From the NCBI RefSeq assembly GCF_964204645.1, contig NC_134033.1, positions 7,324,655-7,388,654 of the forward strand: 64,000 nucleotides of DNA. The letters are read 5' to 3'. Made by a program: the position numbers and the translations under genes. Below are positions 58,905 through 64,000 of the stretch, piece by piece (positions within the stretch are counted from its first letter, which is position 1; each line of letters starts with the position of its first letter). Source of the stretch: Tubulanus polymorphus (Eukaryota; Animalia; Nemertea). Under the pieces are notes generated by a model. That model was not told the origin of the DNA. It was given only the letters and a program-made list of their open reading frames with translations, and made no database searches.

Positions 58905-59258
58905 TTATTTATCAAAAAAATTACTATCTTCAAAATACATAGTTATCTTAGTGATGATTTTGACATTTATTTCATTACTAGTTTCATTTGTATATATTTC
59001 AATTATTATTTTTCTAATATCATCGATGATAAAATCTTTATCTAATTCATAAAATCTTAAAGATTCTCTAATTAAATTAGTAATCTTTTCTACATTTAAA
59101 GTTTCTTTATTTATTGTTGTTTCATACTCAAATGTTGTTTCATTAGAAAATACAATATTTTTGATTTGTGTAATTACATCATTAATGTTAAATTTCATTT
59201 CTTTCTCACGTTTAAAATCAAATCCAAAACATATACTCGGTCCAACAGTTATATTCAT
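58905..59258 (-). CDS. P2 117-aa hypothetical protein
   Basis: Homolog of 11935-12282. Confidence 0.8.
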   Translation of the reverse strand: MNITVGPSICFGFDFKREKEMKFNINDVITQIKNIVFSNETTFEYETTINKETLNVEKITNLIRESLRFYELDKDFIIDDIRKIIIEIYTNETSNEINVKIITKITMYFEDSNFFDK

Positions 59259-59274
59259 TTATATAATGAAAAAA

Positions 59275-60037
59275 TTACTCTTTACATCTTATAATTAATT
59301 CATAAATTACAGGAAAGTTATTCAAATCAATTAAATAACCATTATGATTTCTTATTTCTAATTTAAAATTGTTAAATCGTGAAATACAAGGTTTAAAATC
59401 ACATTCAGCTAAATTATAATTTATTTGCGTTCCAAATTGTTTAACATTTTTTAATGGTAAAATATTTAATATACTAGAATTACAAATTGTATCTTTAGTT
59501 GCTTCAAATGTTTTTGTAGGATCAATTAAATTGCTATAAATATAAAAATGTGTAAAAGGTATTATATTTGATATACCATATGTGTTTCCGTAAATAAAAG
59601 TATCTGAAAGAATTCCTAACAGCTTAGCAAAAGGTTTTTTTACCATGTAAGCATGTTTTCTTATCATCAATGAATCATCAACACTTTCGTCATCAAACTT
59701 TACTCTAATAAAATTAGAGCTCTCACTTTTCATGAATTTAATATTAAATTTAGAATCACTACCTAACATAATCCGAGCTTTTCTATTAATTTCTTTCGCT
59801 AATGTTTCTAAGTTGATAAGCTATTTTACTATTACGTCTTTCATAAATAAAAAAGGTTCTATGTTCGTCAGTTTTATCCGATATATTGTAAAATGAGTTA
59901 CATAAACTTATATTTACTAATTTTAAATCTACACAATTCTTAAATTCTCTATCTAATTGAACTAATAAATTATGTGATTTATAATTGGTAAGTCTTCTTG
60001 AATCAACAAATATTCTGTAATCTTTTAATTCTACCAT
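59275..60037 (-). pseudogene. P2 penton / minor capsid protein, frameshifted
   Basis: Both ends near-identical to 12299-13054; central part diverged. Confidence 0.78.
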
Positions 60038-60105
60038 TATTCATAACATAAAAAAATTACCGCTCATCACTAAAAATTAATTTTAATAAAATTTTTCCTT
60101 AATAA

Positions 60106-61421
60106 ATGGATGAGAAGATAGCATGTGAAATTTGTGGTGAACTTCTAAGAAAAAGTAATATGGCTCGACATATGAAAAAACATGATGAAAATTATAAACC
60201 CCCTTAACTAAACTGTCCAAAATGTAATAAATTATTCTCAAGAAATTATGTTAAAAAACATTCAGAGAAGTGTAAAATTAATGGCGCAACGGCGAATGTT
60301 GATAGCAATGAAAGCAATAGTAATTCTGTTGAAGTTGAACCTGAAATTATTTGGAAAAGACCTTTCTTATTCTATGATAAGGATAATATAAAAGATCATT
60401 TCTGTGAGCCTTGTCGAATAAAATATAGCCCTTAAAATATAGAAGATTGGGAGAATCATCAATTTCATAAAGTACATATAGATAAAAATTCTAATAAATT
60501 TGAAGCAGAATTCAAAGAAAGAAAAAATAAAATATTAGAAAAAATAAAATATGAGAAAACGTTACCAGATAATAAAGAAACAGTTGAAAAGTTAGAAAAA
60601 CAATATAATGAATTAACAAGAAAAACATATTATTGTAAATATTGTAAATTGATTATTACAACAAGTAATTCAAATCTACATAATAGAACAATAAACATAA
60701 AGAAAACGTAAGAAAATACCAAGAGCTTAATGAAGATCTATTACCAATAAATTATAAACGAAAATGTCCACAATGTAGTTATGCGACCTTAAGACAAGAA
60801 GGTACTGTGTTATTTTGTAATGAATGTGGATGGCAAAAGAATTTATTGGGTGAAGAAAAAACTAGAAATTTTCTCATAGATCCAAAATTAAATTATCTTG
60901 ATGAAATTTTCAAAATATTTTCTATAGAAGATCATACACCAGAATATATGCAATGGCTTGAAAAAATGAAAATAATAGAAAATAAAAATGGTGAAATAAC
61001 TAAAAAAGATATTATAAAAACAATTATTCCATCAACATTTAACACAAAACAAAAGAAAATGTATTTATATTTATTATTCAACGATTATTGTGAAAAACCT
61101 AAATTAACAGAAGAAGATATGAAAAATATAAAAAAAATATTCAAACAAATATTAATGTATCATTTGGAAAATAGAATAACAGATTCAATAAATTATGAAT
61201 TCTTTTTAAATAAGATTGTAAATTATTTAAACCAAGATATTATAATTCCATTTGATGAATTAACAAACAAAAAGAAACAAAGAGAGCGAGATGAAATGTG
61301 GAACAAGATAGAACTTTATTTAAATGAGAAAAATGGAATGGAAGAAGAACCTGAACAATTAAATGAAAATGAAGAAGCCAATAGTGATTTCGATTATGAT
61401 GATGTTGATTTTATGTTTTAA
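60106..61421 (+). pseudogene. Multi-zinc-finger protein fused to a poxvirus VLTF-3 (A2)-like late transcription factor domain
   Basis: TAAATG at 60103; CEIC..H..H, CPKC, CEPC, CKYC fingers with stops/frameshift; CPQC...EG.VLFCNECG ribbon; PKLT.E...IKKIFKQI...SINYEFFLNKI...DEMWNKI. Confidence 0.62.
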
Positions 61422-64000
61422 TAACAATAAGGTAATGTTTTTATACCATCATCTAAAATATGCCTTTTATCATCAAATGGATTCAAACTAGTTTTTTCAA
61501 CTTCATTAATGTACATCTCGTGATCTTCTGATCTTAAACAATTCATTTTGTGTTTCATTACAATTGAGTTATATAAACACTTTATATAATCTTGAAATTC
61601 TATATGTTTATCAACCACATGTTTTGTTATTCCTTTTAACTTTTTAGCTTCATCATCTTTTGTTCTGTAACTATACATTTTACTTCTTATCCCAACAAAT
61701 TCAATCATTTCATCACCCCCTAATTCATCTTTAAATTTACCAGGAATCTTTTTATTATCATTGCTAAATAGTTCATGATCTTTGGGATAATTGCTAAAAT
61801 CAAAATGATGTTTTAATGTTTTTAAGTCTTTTGTTATATCATTTGTCTTCATTTTTAGTATGTAACTGTCAGTATTTTTGGCTATTAATGGAAATCCACA
61901 GTTAAACGTGCCATCTTCAGTTGATAAATCATAAACATAATCTGTTGGGTTACATATTTCAAATAAATCTTTAACTTCTTCTGTTAACTCATTTTCTACA
62001 TGGTTTAAATTAAAGCAATTTGGTTTAGATTTAATCAATCCAATATTCATATTAAAACCTAATGAATTGCATAATATATTTAATCCTGATATAGCAACTT
62101 TTCCTTTTTGTGCAAAGGTTATCTTTTAATACTTAATAAATTTTTAGTACCATCTGCTGCGTAGAATCCAATGAAGAACCATTTTCTTAAATTATCTTTT
62201 GCATTTAATACATAATCTGGAACTATCTTTTCTCTTGTTGAAGTATTACTTTTAACTATTGCATGAATATAGAATTCATCATTATATTTTATAGCAAAAT
62301 CTTTAGGATTATTTACAAGTATTCTATAAACTGCTGATGATTTCATAACATCCATGATTCTAAATGTTTTATGTGAATAAACTTCTTCACAGAATTTCTT
62401 AATTCTTTCTAATAATTTCAAGTCTTGATTGCATAAATACCAACAATATTTATTACCCCAAACATAATTATACACACCTGCTGAACCATCACCCATGAAA
62501 AATCCTTTGATAAAATATTCTTTTTCTTCTAATGTTTCGGGTTCTATATTATAAATATTATCAATAATTTCATCAAATGACATATGATTCATTCTTTGGA
62601 AAAATCTTTTATGTAATAATTCATCTCCAATTTTTATATCAGTTGGTTTTATTTCATCACCATTTCGTTTAATTAACTATGATCTTCTGTAACATCTACA
62701 AACCCTAATTTAGTTCTAACTCTATAGATTTTCTTATTTGTTTTAACCCTAATAATATTCTTTAATTTTTTCCATCCATTTCTTGTCCAAACATCCATTA
62801 ATCCATTTATTTGTATTAATTCTTTTTCACCATATGAAATATAACATTCATTTTGTTTTGGAATTATTTCTGAAATTCTTCTTATCAATATTTTATCATT
62901 ACATTTTAATAATATTGGGGTGTCAGCTGTTACAGAATCAAAATATAATATTTCAATATGCTTTTCTCCAAAAAGTGGTTGTAAAACATTATAATAAAAA
63001 TCATACATTAATAATTTTGATACTTCTAAAACAGTTGAACCAATGAATATAGGTTTATTAAATTTCATTGACGTTCTTTTTAATTTAACTGCTGTTAAAT
63101 AATCTTCAAATCTTTTATTACCTAAATGTCTAGGGCTTGATTGTAGGTGTCTTAATCTTTCAGAATTATTTACTAATTCAATATCATTTCTATTTCTAAT
63201 ATTTTCACATGTTTTACCATAAAAACTATTATTCATTAATTTGAAGAAATCTTTTTCAAAATCTGTTTTTGATATGGTTCTCTGTTGAGTATTGAAATCT
63301 ATATATTTTTCTAACCACTTCGATTGATTAAATTCATAATATCTATGTAATTTCTTTAATTTCATTCCTTGTTTTAGATAAAATTTTAACATTCTATAAT
63401 GAACAATATAATTGTATTTATTATTTTGAGTAAGTATTATTTTTTCTGTAAAAACATGATCTTTCGGTTTTATTTTCTTCTGGTATTCACTTAAATAACT
63501 ATCATCTACAGTTAAATGTTCTGGGCAATAGGTAGGTTTCTTGTTTTAAACTTTATATTTTCAGGATATTCTAAATCAACTACAAAGAAATAACCAATTG
63601 GTGCTTCATCTTTTAAACTCGCAATTGCGCTTTCCCAATCAGTTTTATCATCATTTTCAACTTCTGTGAATATAAAATTTTTATATGGTTGAGGTTGCAT
63701 CATTGCCCAACCATATAAATTATTGGCGTCAATATATAATAATTTATATTCATCATTTGCTTTAAAATACCTATCTCCCATAACACCACTAATTCCACCT
63801 CTAATTGATTTTTCAAATAATAAAACCATATCTGGTTCTTTTAATAAATCTAATTCTACATTTGTATATTTTAAACCACATTGCCAGGTTAAACCAGGAC
63901 TAGAGTAGCAATAACAAGGATCAACATTAAAATGATTCAAATCAACTTCTCTAAATTTTTCAAATATGTCAGCCAATATCATAACATCTGATTTTAAATA
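61418..64000 (-). pseudogene. polB: P2 protein-primed PolB (5' part outside window), intein-containing, frameshifted
   Basis: YIDANNLYGWAM, KLMNNSFYGK, YFD[intein]TDSY, NPFDDKR. Confidence 0.95.
61874..62936 (-). mobile_element. Intein with LAGLIDADG homing endonuclease (~355 aa, two 1-nt frameshifts) in PolB motif C
   Basis: Block A SVTADTPILL, block B VTEDHS(L), blocks C/E FIKGFFMGDG and FFIGFYAADG, block F YVYDLSTEDGTF, C-terminal ...LIAKN followed by Thr+1. Confidence 0.93.

Larger units (their letters stand above)
43982..64000. mobile_element. Polinton/Maverick P2 (decayed, right end beyond window)
   Basis: Terminus AGTAATTGGAATATCAGGGGTTCAGATCAGAGG aligns ungapped to the P1 terminus (34/46 nt); homologs of most P1 core genes. 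Confidence 0.85.

Noticed and set aside
1-64000. Prokaryotic/prophage origin of the window
   Set aside because: Spliceosomal introns, LTR retrotransposon with eukaryotic tRNA-Phe PBS, PHD and chromodomains; no Shine-Dalgarno pattern

Overview
Eukaryotic (spliceosomal introns; probably a marine invertebrate, inferred) transposon-dense region with no host housekeeping gene. (1) 283-36442 is a fold-back P-superfamily DNA transposon (CA..TG ends, 8-bp TSD GACCAACC). It consists of two inverted arms and carries a decayed P transposase and a PIF1-helicase/PHD gene. Nested in it are a complete 16.7-kb Polinton/Maverick (P1, 1130-17794, 6-bp TSD CACATG, 460-bp TIRs) and a very young non-autonomous gag+protease LTR retrotransposon (26735-33965). 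(2) ~36800-43981 is an intron-containing EnSpm/CACTA-type element with small insertions. (3) 43982 to beyond the window end is a second, decayed Polinton (P2), interrupted by three insertions, one holding a 31-bp satellite. Top findings: P2's protein-primed PolB carries a LAGLIDADG intein in the catalytic YFD^TDS motif, while P1 has the empty allele. Most Polinton genes start in a poxvirus-late-promoter-like (T-run)-spacer-TAAATG context. P2 encodes a poxvirus VLTF-3 (A2)-like factor. Together these suggest an endogenous virophage-like Polinton lineage that depends on a pox-like giant virus (inference). All identifications are by eye from motifs; no database search was run.
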